This document shows positions 20,506 through 30,777 of a DNA stretch of 64,000 nt, piece by piece. Source of the DNA: Candidatus Hydrothermarchaeum profundi (GTDB taxonomy: Archaea > Hydrothermarchaeota > Hydrothermarchaeia > Hydrothermarchaeales > Hydrothermarchaeaceae); assembly GCA_002011125.2 (NCBI GenBank), contig MTMF02000009.1, forward strand, positions 744,989 through 808,988, in the 5' to 3' direction. The notes beneath the pieces are model-generated. The model ran no database searches. It was not told where the DNA came from and saw only the letters and a program-made list of their open reading frames with translations. The position numbers were made by a program, and so were the translations under genes. Position 1 is the stretch's first letter, and each line of letters begins with the position of its first letter.

Positions 20506-21728
20506 AGAAGGATAGCAGTTTTTCTATTTAGTAGGTACTTCTGGATTGTCCCATTTTTTAAGGCTCTGAGCGTATTCTCCATTTTTTCTTCGCTGTCCGC
20601 TAGTATTACTAGTACGTTTCTCCTATCATCCTGGTTTAGATAGATTAGGGAGGTGTCTTTTCTCTTTATCTTTCCAGCTTCTCCGATACTTATCTCTTGG
20701 CTTGTTATTGTTATATTCTCTTCTTCGAGGTACTTTGATACTTCTACGAAACTGTCGTATAGTCCTAGGATCACCATGTCTTTATTGGTTTCCTTAGATA
20801 TTATCCTGCTCTTTTTACCTAGGATCTCCTTTATCTCAAAAGCGTATTTAAATAGCTTTGATTCAGTGTAATAGATGTCGACCTCGTCTCTGAAGAAGTA
20901 TGGAAAATCTTCCAATAGGAAGCTACGTTTTGCATGAGTCAAAAAGTCTGCTATATTGCTTATCAGCTGAGGGTTATCCTCTATATTGTCGTAGGGTTCC
21001 AGCATGAAAGTCAGGTCGCATAGAGCCAGTATGTTGCCGACCAGCGCAGCTGGTGAATACTGTTTTCTTACCTCGCTTCTAGATGAAAAGGTGTTCTCGT
21101 CTCCAAAAATAACTCCATTTTGGGAATCTATTGGGCAGGAGGAGTAAAAAACCACCTTTTTAAGGCCGTGGGTTACATTGGTATCTGCGAACTCTTCCAA
21201 ATATATGTTTCTGAAGTTTCCGTCATTCACTTTCATGTTATATAAGTATCCCTCTTCGAATATTATTCCGAAATATGTGGAAAGGGAGTTTATACTGCTG
21301 GGTCTCTGGGGATCGGATATTAGAAGAAGTCTTCCTCCCTTATCTAGGAATTTTTGTATTTCTTCGGCTTCTTCGCTGTCGAAGGGTGTACCAGGTAAGA
21401 TGATTACAAGAGAATCAGTGTACTTAAGCTTTTCAGCTAGAAGGTTTCTATCGTCTAGAAACTCCGAGTAAAAGCCTCTAGATGTGAGCCTCGTGATTAA
21501 TGGGGTTATCTCTTGAATAGTATAGCTCGAGTTCACATGGTAGAACACCACAGTTCCATTACCTAACTCGTACTTGTCTGTGAAAGCCTCAGGCTGAACC
21601 ATTGGTGCCTCTATTTCTTCAATACGATAGCTCTCAGTTGAAGGCGGCTGGTAGTAGCCCTGGTAGTATGAGAAGAACTGGATGATAAACAATCCTGCGA
21701 TTATAGCTAATACCCATTTATACTTCAT
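20502..21728 (-). CDS. Membrane-anchored DUF4350/GATase-like extracellular protein
   Basis: N-terminal TM; FLDKGGRLLLISD; co-oriented with sppA. Confidence 0.6.
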   Translation of the reverse strand: MKYKWVLAIIAGLFIIQFFSYYQGYYQPPSTESYRIEEIEAPMVQPEAFTDKYELGNGTVVFYHVNSSYTIQEITPLITRLTSRGFYSEFLDDRNLLAEKLKYTDSLVIILPGTPFDSEEAEEIQKFLDKGGRLLLISDPQRPSSINSLSTYFGIIFEEGYLYNMKVNDGNFRNIYLEEFADTNVTHGLKKVVFYSSCPIDSQNGVIFGDENTFSSRSEVRKQYSPAALVGNILALCDLTFMLEPYDNIEDNPQLISNIADFLTHAKRSFLLEDFPYFFRDEVDIYYTESKLFKYAFEIKEILGKKSRIISKETNKDMVILGLYDSFVEVSKYLEEENITITSQEISIGEAGKIKRKDTSLIYLNQDDRRNVLVILADSEEKMENTLRALKNGTIQKYLLNRKTAILL

Positions 21729-22582
21729 TCTTCAAACTCCATATATAGGTAGTAGTTCACCGGCACTGTATTGGTTATAGCGAAATAGCTTTCATTGACG
21801 TAGGTTGAGAAGAATAGGAAGAAGTTTATCCCCAGCTCCTCGTTTATATCTACAATCCCGTATCTAGCTATTCCTGCCAGCTCAGCTGCCTTTGCTATCG
21901 CATCGCTTGTAGAGCCAATATTGTCTACTAGTCCAAGGCGGTAGGCTTCGAGCCCCATGTATATTGCTCCTTTTGCAAGCTCTTCCTTTGTGATGTTCAG
22001 CTTACTGCCTCTTTGCAGCATTACTGCATGGAGAAAGGTTTCTTGGGCGAGTTTTATGTTGTAAATGTGGTCTCTCCGTGAGAAGCCTGTCCTCTTAAAT
22101 GGTCCCGTTGATATGGTTTCTTCGTCCAGTTTTTCAGGCTTCGGTAGCCTTGATATCACTCCTATGCTACCTACGAAGGAAGCAGGCTTAGAGTATATGA
22201 GGTTTGAGGCAGATGCTATGTAATATGCCCCGCTCGCACCGATCTGATCAATGGAGGCTACCACCGGCTTGACCTTTCGCAACTCCAGCACGTTGAGGTA
22301 TACTTCTTCAGTAGCTGTGACTTCGCCTCCCGGGCTGTTTATCTCGAGAACCACTGCCTTAATATCGTCCCTGTCTCTCGCGTACCTCATCATCTCGGCT
22401 ATCTTGCTGGCAGTATCCATGCTCATTATCGAGGTATCTATTCTGATTATACCTACTTTTGGTTGCTCTATAATTTTTCCGGCTATAAAGTAGCCCGATA
22501 CTATGATTAAAATTATAAAGATATAGGATAGGCTTCTCCTGTGCTCGGAGTAGGCCTCCTTTATTTTATCAAGTTTCCCCAT
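21725..22582 (-). CDS. sppA: Signal peptide peptidase SppA (S49)
   Basis: INSPGG, GASGAYYIAS and GSIGV motifs. Confidence 0.9.
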   Translation of the reverse strand: MGKLDKIKEAYSEHRRSLSYIFIILIIVSGYFIAGKIIEQPKVGIIRIDTSIMSMDTASKIAEMMRYARDRDDIKAVVLEINSPGGEVTATEEVYLNVLELRKVKPVVASIDQIGASGAYYIASASNLIYSKPASFVGSIGVISRLPKPEKLDEETISTGPFKRTGFSRRDHIYNIKLAQETFLHAVMLQRGSKLNITKEELAKGAIYMGLEAYRLGLVDNIGSTSDAIAKAAELAGIARYGIVDINEELGINFFLFFSTYVNESYFAITNTVPVNYYLYMEFEE

Positions 22583-22673
22583 TTGATTTAACTATGCTGG
22601 GGCGTATTTAAAATGTTTTTTCCTCATTAATGATACAAAAATATAAAAACTTAGGGAGATTCCTTTAAATCAT

Positions 22674-23210
22674 ATGATATTGGTTGCAATAACAGGTGCT
22701 AGCGGCACTGTTTATGGTGTAAGGTTGCTGGAGGTCCTCAGGAAGCTGGGTGTTGAAACTTCCTGCGTGGTCTCTGATGCTGCAAGGAAGCTTATAAAGC
22801 ATGAAGTTGGTGAGGCGAACATACTTAGGGACTGTTATAGTGAGGATGACCTTGAAGCTCCTTTCTCCAGCGGCTCTTATGGCTTGGATGCGATGGTTAT
22901 AGTCCCATGCAGCATGAAGACTCTGTCAGCTATTGCTAATGGGTACTCCTCAAGTCTGATAACTAGGAGCGCGGATGTCCTTATAAAAGAGAATAGGAAG
23001 TTAATCCTTGTGCCTAGAGAAACGCCTCTTAACGCTATTCATCTGGAGAATATGCTGAAGCTCGCAAGGCTCGGGGTAACTATCTTGCCGGCTATGCCTG
23101 CCTACTATCATAAGCCCGAGAAGGTTAGTGACCTGGTGGATTTCATAGTTGGCAAAATCCTTGACTCCCTTGGTATAGAGAACAGTCTTTACAAGAGATG
23201 GGGGAAATGA
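22674..23210 (+). CDS. ubiX: Flavin prenyltransferase UbiX
   Basis: ITGASG, SSGS, PCSMKTL, RETP and PAYY motifs. Confidence 0.95.
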   Translation: MILVAITGASGTVYGVRLLEVLRKLGVETSCVVSDAARKLIKHEVGEANILRDCYSEDDLEAPFSSGSYGLDAMVIVPCSMKTLSAIANGYSSSLITRSADVLIKENRKLILVPRETPLNAIHLENMLKLARLGVTILPAMPAYYHKPEKVSDLVDFIVGKILDSLGIENSLYKRWGK

Positions 23211-24460
23211 GGAGATTTCTGAGGAAAGATTTGGTTATTAAGGATGAAGTCTCTACAGAGTATGAGGTATCTAAGATACTCTTCCATAACCAGGATAAGA
23301 CTGTATTTTTTGAGAAGCTCAGAGGGTACCCAGAGTTTAAGATGGTAGGCAATTTGGTGCCGTCTAGGGAGAGAATGTGTGATGCCCTTGGAACCACTAA
23401 GAATGGGTTTATAGCTCACGTGTCTAATGCTCTTAAAAACCCCGTGGAGCCAGTGGTGGTTGAGGATATGAGGGCTACAATTGAGAAAAAAAGCCTAGAT
23501 GACTTGCCTATCCCCAAGTATTTCGAGAAGGACGCAGGGAATTATATAACCTCTGGTATAGTTATAGCCGAAGATGAAGAGTTAGGCAGGAATGTCTCTG
23601 TGCATAGAATGCAGGTTATTAGTAAGCGGAGGTTCGCAATTAGGCTGGTCGAGCGTCATCTTTACGAGTATTATAAGAAGGCAGAAGAAGGGGATAGGCC
23701 CCTTGAGGTTGCGGTGGCGCTGGGGGTTCATCCTGCTGTGATGTTCGCATCCTCATACTCTGTGCCAGCGGGTTATGACGAGTTTAAGCTTGCGTCTTCG
23801 CTTTTAGGCAGAGCCCTTGAAATTGCTAGGTGCGAGACTGTTGATCTCTACGTGCCTGCTGAGAGCGAGATCGTTATTGAGGGCCGGATACTTCCCTATG
23901 AGAGGGTTGATGAGGGTCCATTCGTTGATATTACAGGCACGTATGATGCTGTGAGAAAGCAGCCAGTATTAGAGGTAACTCGGATTGTTCATAGAGAAGA
24001 CGCTATATACCATGCTCTTCTTCCTTCTGGCAGGGAGCACAAGGTCTATATGGGCATGCCGCAGGAGCCTAGGATATTCGAGGCAGTATCTAAGGTAGCT
24101 CGTCCTGTTAGCGTCTGTCTAACTGAAGGAGGATGTAATTGGCTTCACGGTGTTGTCTCGATTTCCAAGGAGAGGGAGAATGATGGGAGGAGGGCTATTT
24201 ATGCTGCTTTAGAGGGTCATCCAAGTATGAAGCATGTTGTGGTAGTGGACGAGGATATAGATGTTTTTAATCCTGCCGAGGTAGAGTTCGCTATAGCGAC
24301 AAGGTTCCAAGGCAATAGAGATATCGTGATGATAGAGAATGTTAGGGGCTCTTCTCTTGATCCAAGCGCTAACAAGACAGGGCTTACCACCAAGCTGGGA
24401 TTAGATGCTACTATACCTCTTAGCGGCCGGGATGACTACGTTAGGGCTAAGATTCCTTGA
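23198..24460 (+). CDS. UbiD-family decarboxylase (probable anhydromevalonate phosphate decarboxylase)
   Basis: EGPFVDITGTYD, GGCNWLH and SSLDPS motifs; lies between ubiX and acnX. Confidence 0.9.
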   Translation: MGEMRRFLRKDLVIKDEVSTEYEVSKILFHNQDKTVFFEKLRGYPEFKMVGNLVPSRERMCDALGTTKNGFIAHVSNALKNPVEPVVVEDMRATIEKKSLDDLPIPKYFEKDAGNYITSGIVIAEDEELGRNVSVHRMQVISKRRFAIRLVERHLYEYYKKAEEGDRPLEVAVALGVHPAVMFASSYSVPAGYDEFKLASSLLGRALEIARCETVDLYVPAESEIVIEGRILPYERVDEGPFVDITGTYDAVRKQPVLEVTRIVHREDAIYHALLPSGREHKVYMGMPQEPRIFEAVSKVARPVSVCLTEGGCNWLHGVVSISKERENDGRRAIYAALEGHPSMKHVVVVDEDIDVFNPAEVEFAIATRFQGNRDIVMIENVRGSSLDPSANKTGLTTKLGLDATIPLSGRDDYVRAKIP

Positions 24461-24468
24461 GGTTTAAG

Positions 24469-25596
24469 ATGTATTTGACTAAGGAAGAAGAAAGGATACT
24501 GGATGGAGAAGAAGGGGAAGGCCTTCAAAAGGCCATGGAGATACTTGTAGCTCTGGGTGAAATTAACGAGGCGGATAGACTTATGCCCATTTCTAGTGCT
24601 CAAGTGAGCGGTGTGTCTTATAAGACTATTGGTGATGCTGGACTAGAGTTTCTATCTGATATGGCCTCGACAGGTGCTAGGGTAAGAGTGCTTACTACTC
24701 TCAATCCGATGGGTGTAGATCCCTCTATCTGGAGGGAGCTGGGTTATAGGGAGGATTTCGTAAATAAGCAGATGAGGATTGTTAACGCGTATAAGGCTAT
24801 GGGGATACTGCTTTCATGTACATGTACGCCTTATCTGATAGGTAACCTGCCTACAAGAGGGGAGCATATAGCTTGGGCGGAATCCAGCGCTGTTGTGTTT
24901 GCTAACTCTGTGTTAGGTGCGAAGACTAATCGGGAGAGCGGGGTCTCTGCGTTGGCCTCAGCTTTGATCGGGGAAGCCCCCTGTTATGGCCTTCACTTGG
25001 ATGAGAATAGAAATCCGACCATCACTATCGAGGTTGATGCGGAGTTAAAAAATCAATCCGATTATGCCGCTCTAGGATACTATGTTGGTAAAAGCTTTGG
25101 TGGGATACCTCTATTCAAAGGGATTAAGCCTGGCATGGAGGAGATGAAGGCGCTTGGGGCAGCGTTAGCTGTAGGCTCTATATCAATGTTTTATGTAGAT
25201 GGTATAACCTATTCGGGTAGTGCGCTTGGCGATAAGATAAATGTGGGTATAGAGGAGCTCAGAAATTCCTATGAGTCCCTTACTAATACGGAGGACGTGG
25301 ACGTGGTCTGCGTCGGATGTCCTCATTACAGCTTAAAGGAGATTCAAGAGGTCTTGCAAGCGAAGCCGAGTAGGGATATATGGATTTTTACTTGCAGGCA
25401 GAATAAGGTGCTCTTTGAAAAGAAGTTAGATGAAAATATCAAGATTATAGCTGACACTTGCATGGTGGTTTCTCCCTTAGAGGATCTTGGCATATCTAGT
25501 ATAGGAGTAAATTCTGCTAAAGCAGCTTTTTACTCTGCTAATCTTTCTGGCCTTAAAGTTAGGTTTGACTCTCTAGAGAATATGCTGAAGCTTTAA
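24469..25596 (+). CDS. Aconitase X catalytic subunit (probable phosphomevalonate dehydratase large subunit)
   Basis: MYLTKEEE, GVSYKTIG, CTCTPY, AWAESSA, GCPH, DTCMVV and NSAKAA motifs. Confidence 0.92.
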   Translation: MYLTKEEERILDGEEGEGLQKAMEILVALGEINEADRLMPISSAQVSGVSYKTIGDAGLEFLSDMASTGARVRVLTTLNPMGVDPSIWRELGYREDFVNKQMRIVNAYKAMGILLSCTCTPYLIGNLPTRGEHIAWAESSAVVFANSVLGAKTNRESGVSALASALIGEAPCYGLHLDENRNPTITIEVDAELKNQSDYAALGYYVGKSFGGIPLFKGIKPGMEEMKALGAALAVGSISMFYVDGITYSGSALGDKINVGIEELRNSYESLTNTEDVDVVCVGCPHYSLKEIQEVLQAKPSRDIWIFTCRQNKVLFEKKLDENIKIIADTCMVVSPLEDLGISSIGVNSAKAAFYSANLSGLKVRFDSLENMLKL

Positions 25597-25616
25597 AATC
25601 TATTTATTGATATCTT

Positions 25617-25742
25617 GCCGAAAAATATAAATTCTCGGTAGGTCTTTATAAAGGATGGTGCAAAAAGGAGACTCACCTGAGAAGCCTTCTGAAAGGAGGA
25701 AAATCAGGCGAGTTTAGGCGAAAATAAGGAATTTTATAGCCT
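25617..25742 (+). promoter_or_regulatory. CRISPR leader 1 (identical to 41104..41229)
   Basis: 126-bp exact match by eye; BRE/TATA-like CGAAAAATATAAA at the 5' end; abuts the first repeat. Confidence 0.9.
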
Positions 25743-27052
25743 GTTGCAGAAGTCGATCTAGTAAAACAAGGATTGAAACATTCTCTGTCGGTGCTATTGG
25801 TGTTAGCTATTTCGGTTGTTGCAGAAGTCGATCTAGTAAAACAAGGATTGAAACCTAATATGTTGTAATGTAACTCAAAACCAACTTTTAAGTTGCAGAA
25901 GTCGATCTAGTAAAACAAGGATTGAAACGTTTCTAACTGGGATTTATCATTTACAAGAACAAAAAGTTGCAGAAGTCGATCTAGTAAAACAAGGATTGAA
26001 ACTTAACAAAAGAAGTAGGTGGTGAGCTTGTTGTTTAGTAAGTTGCAGAAGTCGATCTAGTAAAACAAGGATTGAAACATTTCCCCATGGAGGCAATGGT
26101 TAGAGAGGTACGGGTGTTGCAGAAGTCGATCTAGTAAAACAAGGATTGAAACATCATCATAGAGTACCTTACCCTGAACTCTATCCTTGGCTCAAGTTGC
26201 AGAAGTCGATCTAGTAAAACAAGGATTGAAACTTGTAATTCGTTCCACATATAGGATAGATACATGTCTGGTTGCAGAAGTCGATCTAGTAAAACAAGGA
26301 TTGAAACAGTCGCAGTGTATCTCTGTATTCAATGTCTAAATCAAGTTGCAGAAGTCGATCTAGTAAAACAAGGATTGAAACCTTGCTGATGTCTTTCTTA
26401 TGTATTTCTTTTGTCTAATTCGTTGCAGAAGTCGATCTAGTAAAACAAGGATTGAAACTTGTAATTCGTTCCACATATAGGATAGATACATGTCTGGTTG
26501 CAGAAGTCGATCTAGTAAAACAAGGATTGAAACCCAACAATCCTTACAACATTTCTCACAAATAAATGTGTTGCAGAAGTCGATCTAGTAAAACAAGGAT
26601 TGAAACCTAACAGTGCAACGGTATATATTATATCGCCTAACACGTTGCAGAAGTCGATCTAGTAAAACAAGGATTGAAACATGTCTTTTCGGTAAATTCG
26701 GCGATATGCGGCGTCGAATGTTGCAGAAGTCGATCTAGTAAAACAAGGATTGAAACCCGAGGATCTCGCTACGATGAGCCGGGAAGAAGTCAGTTGCAGA
26801 AGTCGATCTAGTAAAACAAGGATTGAAACCCAGATATCGCCCCGGCTCTCTTCCCAAAATGGAAGGTTGCAGAAGTCGATCTAGTAAAACAAGGATTGAA
26901 ACAATTGATATCTCCACGGTAAATTATTGAGAATTTTCTGGGTTGCAGAAGTCGATCTAGTAAAACAAGGATTGAAACCTAAGCTTGTATGTCTTCATAA
27001 AAAAACATTAATATTGTTGCAGAAGTCGATCTAGTAAAACAAGGATTGAAAC
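25743..27052 (+). CRISPR. CRISPR array 1: 18 repeats / 17 spacers
   Basis: 37-bp repeat GTTGCAGAAGTCGATCTAGTAAAACAAGGATTGAAAC; spacers about 36-43 bp; possible degenerate terminal repeat near 27088-27124. Confidence 0.98.
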
Positions 27053-27186
27053 GAGTAGATAGGGTCTTCAGCTGGAGCCTTCAAGGCGTTGTAAAAGAGT
27101 AAATAGCGGATGGGAATTGAAAAATGGCCTTTAGGGCCTACTAAGAATGGCATGGAAATATATGTTATGATATATACTCTCCTTTT

Positions 27187-27594
27187 TCATAGATTTTCAG
27201 GATGCTTGTAACCTAGCTTTTTCATAACGAATCTTCTTACTTCTTTAGTCATTTTTATGGCTTCTTCTGCTTCTTCATTAGTTGGTTCGAGGAGAGTAGG
27301 ATACCTGAACTCTGCCGCATACTCTTTAAACTTTTCTAGGTTCAATTGACGAAGCTTTTCAAAATCTCTTTCACTTTCTATGCACAAGCTCAGTAGGTCA
27401 AGTATATCATGCGTCTTTCTAAATCTGATTTGTTTTGATATCAAATATGCTTTTAAGTACTTTTCTGCGGCTTGCTGTGCGTGGAATGTTATAACCCATG
27501 GCTCTTCTCCATAATTAAGGAGCCTTCTTGCTACTCTCAGCTCTGTTTCCGCTCTATTGAACCATCTATCTACTTCCTCCTTCACTTCGTTCAA
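27187..27594 (-). CDS. HEPN domain protein (HEPN-MNT module)
   Basis: FHAQQAAEKYLKA, KTHDI and FRYP motifs. Confidence 0.9.
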   Translation of the reverse strand: MNEVKEEVDRWFNRAETELRVARRLLNYGEEPWVITFHAQQAAEKYLKAYLISKQIRFRKTHDILDLLSLCIESERDFEKLRQLNLEKFKEYAAEFRYPTLLEPTNEEAEEAIKMTKEVRRFVMKKLGYKHPENL

Positions 27595-27941
27595 AGCGTT
27601 ACACCTTCCTCAGATGCCTCATTTGCTATAGTGTTTACAACATTTTTTTTTCTCTCAAAAGTTTCTCTATCAATTATTATTAAATCAACTTTAATACCAT
27701 ATTCACGTAGTCTTCTTATTGTTTCAATGTAAAAATGCCAGAATGTGTTTCGGTCCACCTTCTCGTTGGTTGTTACCAGTATATCCCAGTCAGAATATTC
27801 TTTAGCCTCCTCACTTGCTCTTGAACCAAACAGGATTATCCTATAAATCTTTATATTGTATTTTTTTGCGGCTTTTAAAATGGTAGTCCTTATTTTCGTA
27901 ATGGCATCTTTATCTATTTCTCTTATCATAGAATTTTCCAT
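27591..27941 (-). CDS. Minimal nucleotidyltransferase (MNT)
   Basis: LFGSRA...SDWDIL; overlaps the HEPN gene. Confidence 0.92.
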   Translation of the reverse strand: MENSMIREIDKDAITKIRTTILKAAKKYNIKIYRIILFGSRASEEAKEYSDWDILVTTNEKVDRNTFWHFYIETIRRLREYGIKVDLIIIDRETFERKKNVVNTIANEASEEGVTL

Positions 27942-27990
27942 ATTGTAGGCCCATTATGTTAACATTGGGTTAAATATATCAAGCTTACGT

Positions 27991-28176
27991 GAAGTTACCG
28001 AAAAATTTCAAGTCACAATCCCTAAGTTGAGGAAGGCATATAATCTCAAGACAGTTACGCTTGTCTCTTTTATTCCTAAAAAAGATGAAAGAAAAATTCA
28101 TCGATACCATAATTACCAACAAAACTCATTTTGGAAAGGTGGAGACATAAAAGTAATACCGAGGGGATACCGATGA
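27991..28176 (+). pseudogene. AbrB/MazE-type antitoxin remnant
   Basis: Translates EVTEKFQVTIPKLRKAYNLK..., with no in-frame start, and degenerates downstream. Confidence 0.5.
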
Positions 28177-28301
28177 ATATTCTTAAGGCTCTTTAGCTTA
28201 TTGATCTGGTTATATTAAAATTTAATCAAGAGGTTTTTATAAACATCTATCTTTGATAAGATTATAATTATAAGTTAGTTCATAGTATATGGAAAGAGAA
28301 A

Positions 28302-29010
28302 ATGGGAGTAGTTGAAACTGAGAGTTTCAGTCCAACTTGCACAGCAAAGTCAGAGGCTGTTTTAAATAGTATCAGTGCCCTCATAGATTTAAATACTAAG
28401 AAAGGGAACACTCTCAATGAAGAAGAGGACCAGATACGTAAGTTTATTTTATATAAATTTCCAGAGCTCTGCAGAGCTCCCACTGCTGAAGAAATTGGCA
28501 GAGCTTTTAATATGCCTTTAAATTCCATCGTAAAAATCTTGAGAAGGTTAAATGAGTTAGATATCATCTATTTGGATATTAACTCAAACATGATTCTTGG
28601 AGCTTACCCTTTTTCTAGTACCCCTACTGCACATCAAGTTATCCTAAAAGGCGAACATCGAGAGGGCCGGGTATATGCTATGTGCGCTATTGATGCTTTA
28701 GGAGTGCCCTTTATGTTTGAGAAGGATGTGGATATCCATTCTTCGTGCGGTTTCTGCAGTAAGGAAGTGTCACTAAAAGTTTGTGATGGAAAGATCGTGT
28801 CATAATAAGCCTAAAGGGACTGTTATATGGATAGGTTTTGAGTGTAGAGAGCGAGCCGCTACATCTATCTGCACAGTTTTAACCTTTTTATGTACTGATG
28901 AACATCACAAAAAATGGATTGCTGCGAATCCATATGAAAAGAGGGAGATTCTTAATTTATCAGAAGCTCTTTACGTGGGGAAAGAAATTTTTGAGGATTT
29001 CTTAAAGTAA
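28302..29010 (+). pseudogene. merB: Organomercurial lyase MerB-like gene split by a frameshift near 28800
   Basis: wHTH-like N-terminus; GAYPFS, YAMCAIDALG, SSCGFC in ORF1; IWIG...SICTVLTF...LSEALYVG continues in the overlapping frame. Confidence 0.75.
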
Positions 29011-29337
29011 ACAGTTTTTTATTGAGAAATTTTGGTTTTTATATGCTTTGAGGCACGTTTTTGTGAGAAAATAATGTTTTTTGCATCGAGGTATCTGTCA
29101 TGGCTTTCCTAGTATACTTAGGATATTCTCTAGCGTGCTTGTCCTGCAATCTATGCTGAGCAAGCATATTTAACGATAGATAGAGGTTTGATCGAGTACT
29201 TAGGAAACGTGCTAAAGAGAAGAGGATAATTTCGTAGAAAAATATGATGGTATAACCTATTTACATAAGGTAGAAGTTAATTTATCCCAAAACATGTGAC
29301 TAAAACTTTATTTAGCTGTGTTCGAGGGTGATATAAA

Positions 29338-30420
29338 TTGAAGCTCCTCTTAATTGCTCCTACTACAAGGGCTATGGCAGAGTCCGCTGTTAAGGCTGGC
29401 TATGATTTTTTTACTATAGACTTCTTTGGGGACTTAGATCAAAAGGCGATTTGTTTGAATTACTCCCTTAGAGAAAAGAACTTGAATTACACAATAGAAG
29501 AACTCTACAGGGTGTCTGAGCCTCTTGATTTCACGCATGTAGTTTACGGTGCAGGATTTGAGAATCATCCTGAGTTGGTAGAAAAGTTTGAGGAAAAATG
29601 TACCGTGCTCGGCAATGACGCTAAAACCTTACGCAAAGTTAGAAATTGGAGGTATTTTTTTAAGAAAGCGAGCAAACTTGGGATATCAACTCCTAACACC
29701 GAGATAGTATCTGCTGAAGAGCTACACGATCTGGAAGGAAGAATAGCTAAGTCGGTTAGGAGTGGTGGAGGACATCACATATTTACATCTAAGGAAGAGA
29801 TTATGGAAGGGGAGTTCTTAGTACAAGAGGTCGTGGAGGGTATGCCTGTTTCTTCTTCTATTATATGTTCTCCTACCGAGTGCCGATATCTGGGAGCGAA
29901 TGAGCAGCTCATAGGGGATGAGACTGGCAGGTTCAAGTATTGCGGCAATATCTCGCCAGCAGATGTTGACCTTGAGGAAGTCTCCCTAAAGATAGCTGAT
30001 GAGTTTAATCTCAGAGGACTAAACGGTATAGATTTTATTTGTGGTGATGAAGTTTACTTGCTAGAAGTGAACCCTCGGATAACCGGTGCTATGGAGGTTA
30101 TGGAGAAGGCGTATAACATCAACCTCCTAGACCTACATATTAAGGCATGCCTCGGAGAGCTAGCAGTAGGCGATATCGGTAGCATGGGATATTATGGAAA
30201 AAAAATTATATATGCACCGAGGGACTTGTTTTTTAATATAGAGGCAGTTGCTTTCATCAAAGACATTCCACATCAGGGCGAGTTTATACCTGAGGGTAGC
30301 CCGGTATGCACAGTGATAGGTCACGGGAGCACTAGAGATGAATGCTATAAGGATCTCATAGCAAAGGAGAAGATGATACGTGAGAGTCTACGGGAGAGTT
30401 ATCTCAAGAGGCAAGGCTGA
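29338..30420 (+). CDS. ATP-grasp family protein (COG2232-like)
   Basis: DFFGDLD, GFENHP, SGGG, YCGN, GIDF and LEVNPR motifs. Confidence 0.85.
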   Translation: MKLLLIAPTTRAMAESAVKAGYDFFTIDFFGDLDQKAICLNYSLREKNLNYTIEELYRVSEPLDFTHVVYGAGFENHPELVEKFEEKCTVLGNDAKTLRKVRNWRYFFKKASKLGISTPNTEIVSAEELHDLEGRIAKSVRSGGGHHIFTSKEEIMEGEFLVQEVVEGMPVSSSIICSPTECRYLGANEQLIGDETGRFKYCGNISPADVDLEEVSLKIADEFNLRGLNGIDFICGDEVYLLEVNPRITGAMEVMEKAYNINLLDLHIKACLGELAVGDIGSMGYYGKKIIYAPRDLFFNIEAVAFIKDIPHQGEFIPEGSPVCTVIGHGSTRDECYKDLIAKEKMIRESLRESYLKRQG

Positions 30421-30775
30421 GGGAGAAGCTATACTAACAAGGGAGCCTATCACTTTTCTGGGAGGCGTAGATCCTGATACGGGTGTAGTTGTGGAAAAGG
30501 GCCATGAGTTGGAAGATAGGAGTGTAAGCGGTAAGATACTTGTGTTTCCATGGGGCAAGGGGTCTACAGTTGGCTCCTATGTGTTATACAGGATGAAGAA
30601 AAGTGGCACCGCTCCTTCTGGCATAATAAACCTGAAGGCTGAGGAGGTAGTGTCTGCTGGTGCGATAATATCCGGTATCCCCATGATGGATTCTTTGGAG
30701 AAGGACCCTTTTGAGATACTTGCAGACGGTGTAAAGATCTTTATGAATGCGGACGAAGGATACTTGGAGGTGTAA
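30380..30775 (+). CDS. Aconitase X swivel subunit (probable phosphomevalonate dehydratase small subunit)
   Basis: ITFLGGVDP, GKGSTVGSYV and GAIISGIP motifs. Confidence 0.92.
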   Translation: MRVYGRVISRGKAEGEAILTREPITFLGGVDPDTGVVVEKGHELEDRSVSGKILVFPWGKGSTVGSYVLYRMKKSGTAPSGIINLKAEEVVSAGAIISGIPMMDSLEKDPFEILADGVKIFMNADEGYLEV

Positions 30776-30777
30776 GA

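Noticed and set aside
28790-28810. Recoding (Sec/Pyl or programmed frameshift) in merB
   Set aside because: The stops are TAA, the continuation is in another frame, and there is no obvious slippery site
29090-29260. Coding-like fragment (ACPAIYAEQAYLTIDRGLIEYLGNVLKRRG*)
   Set aside because: No start and no recognisable family; too weak to call
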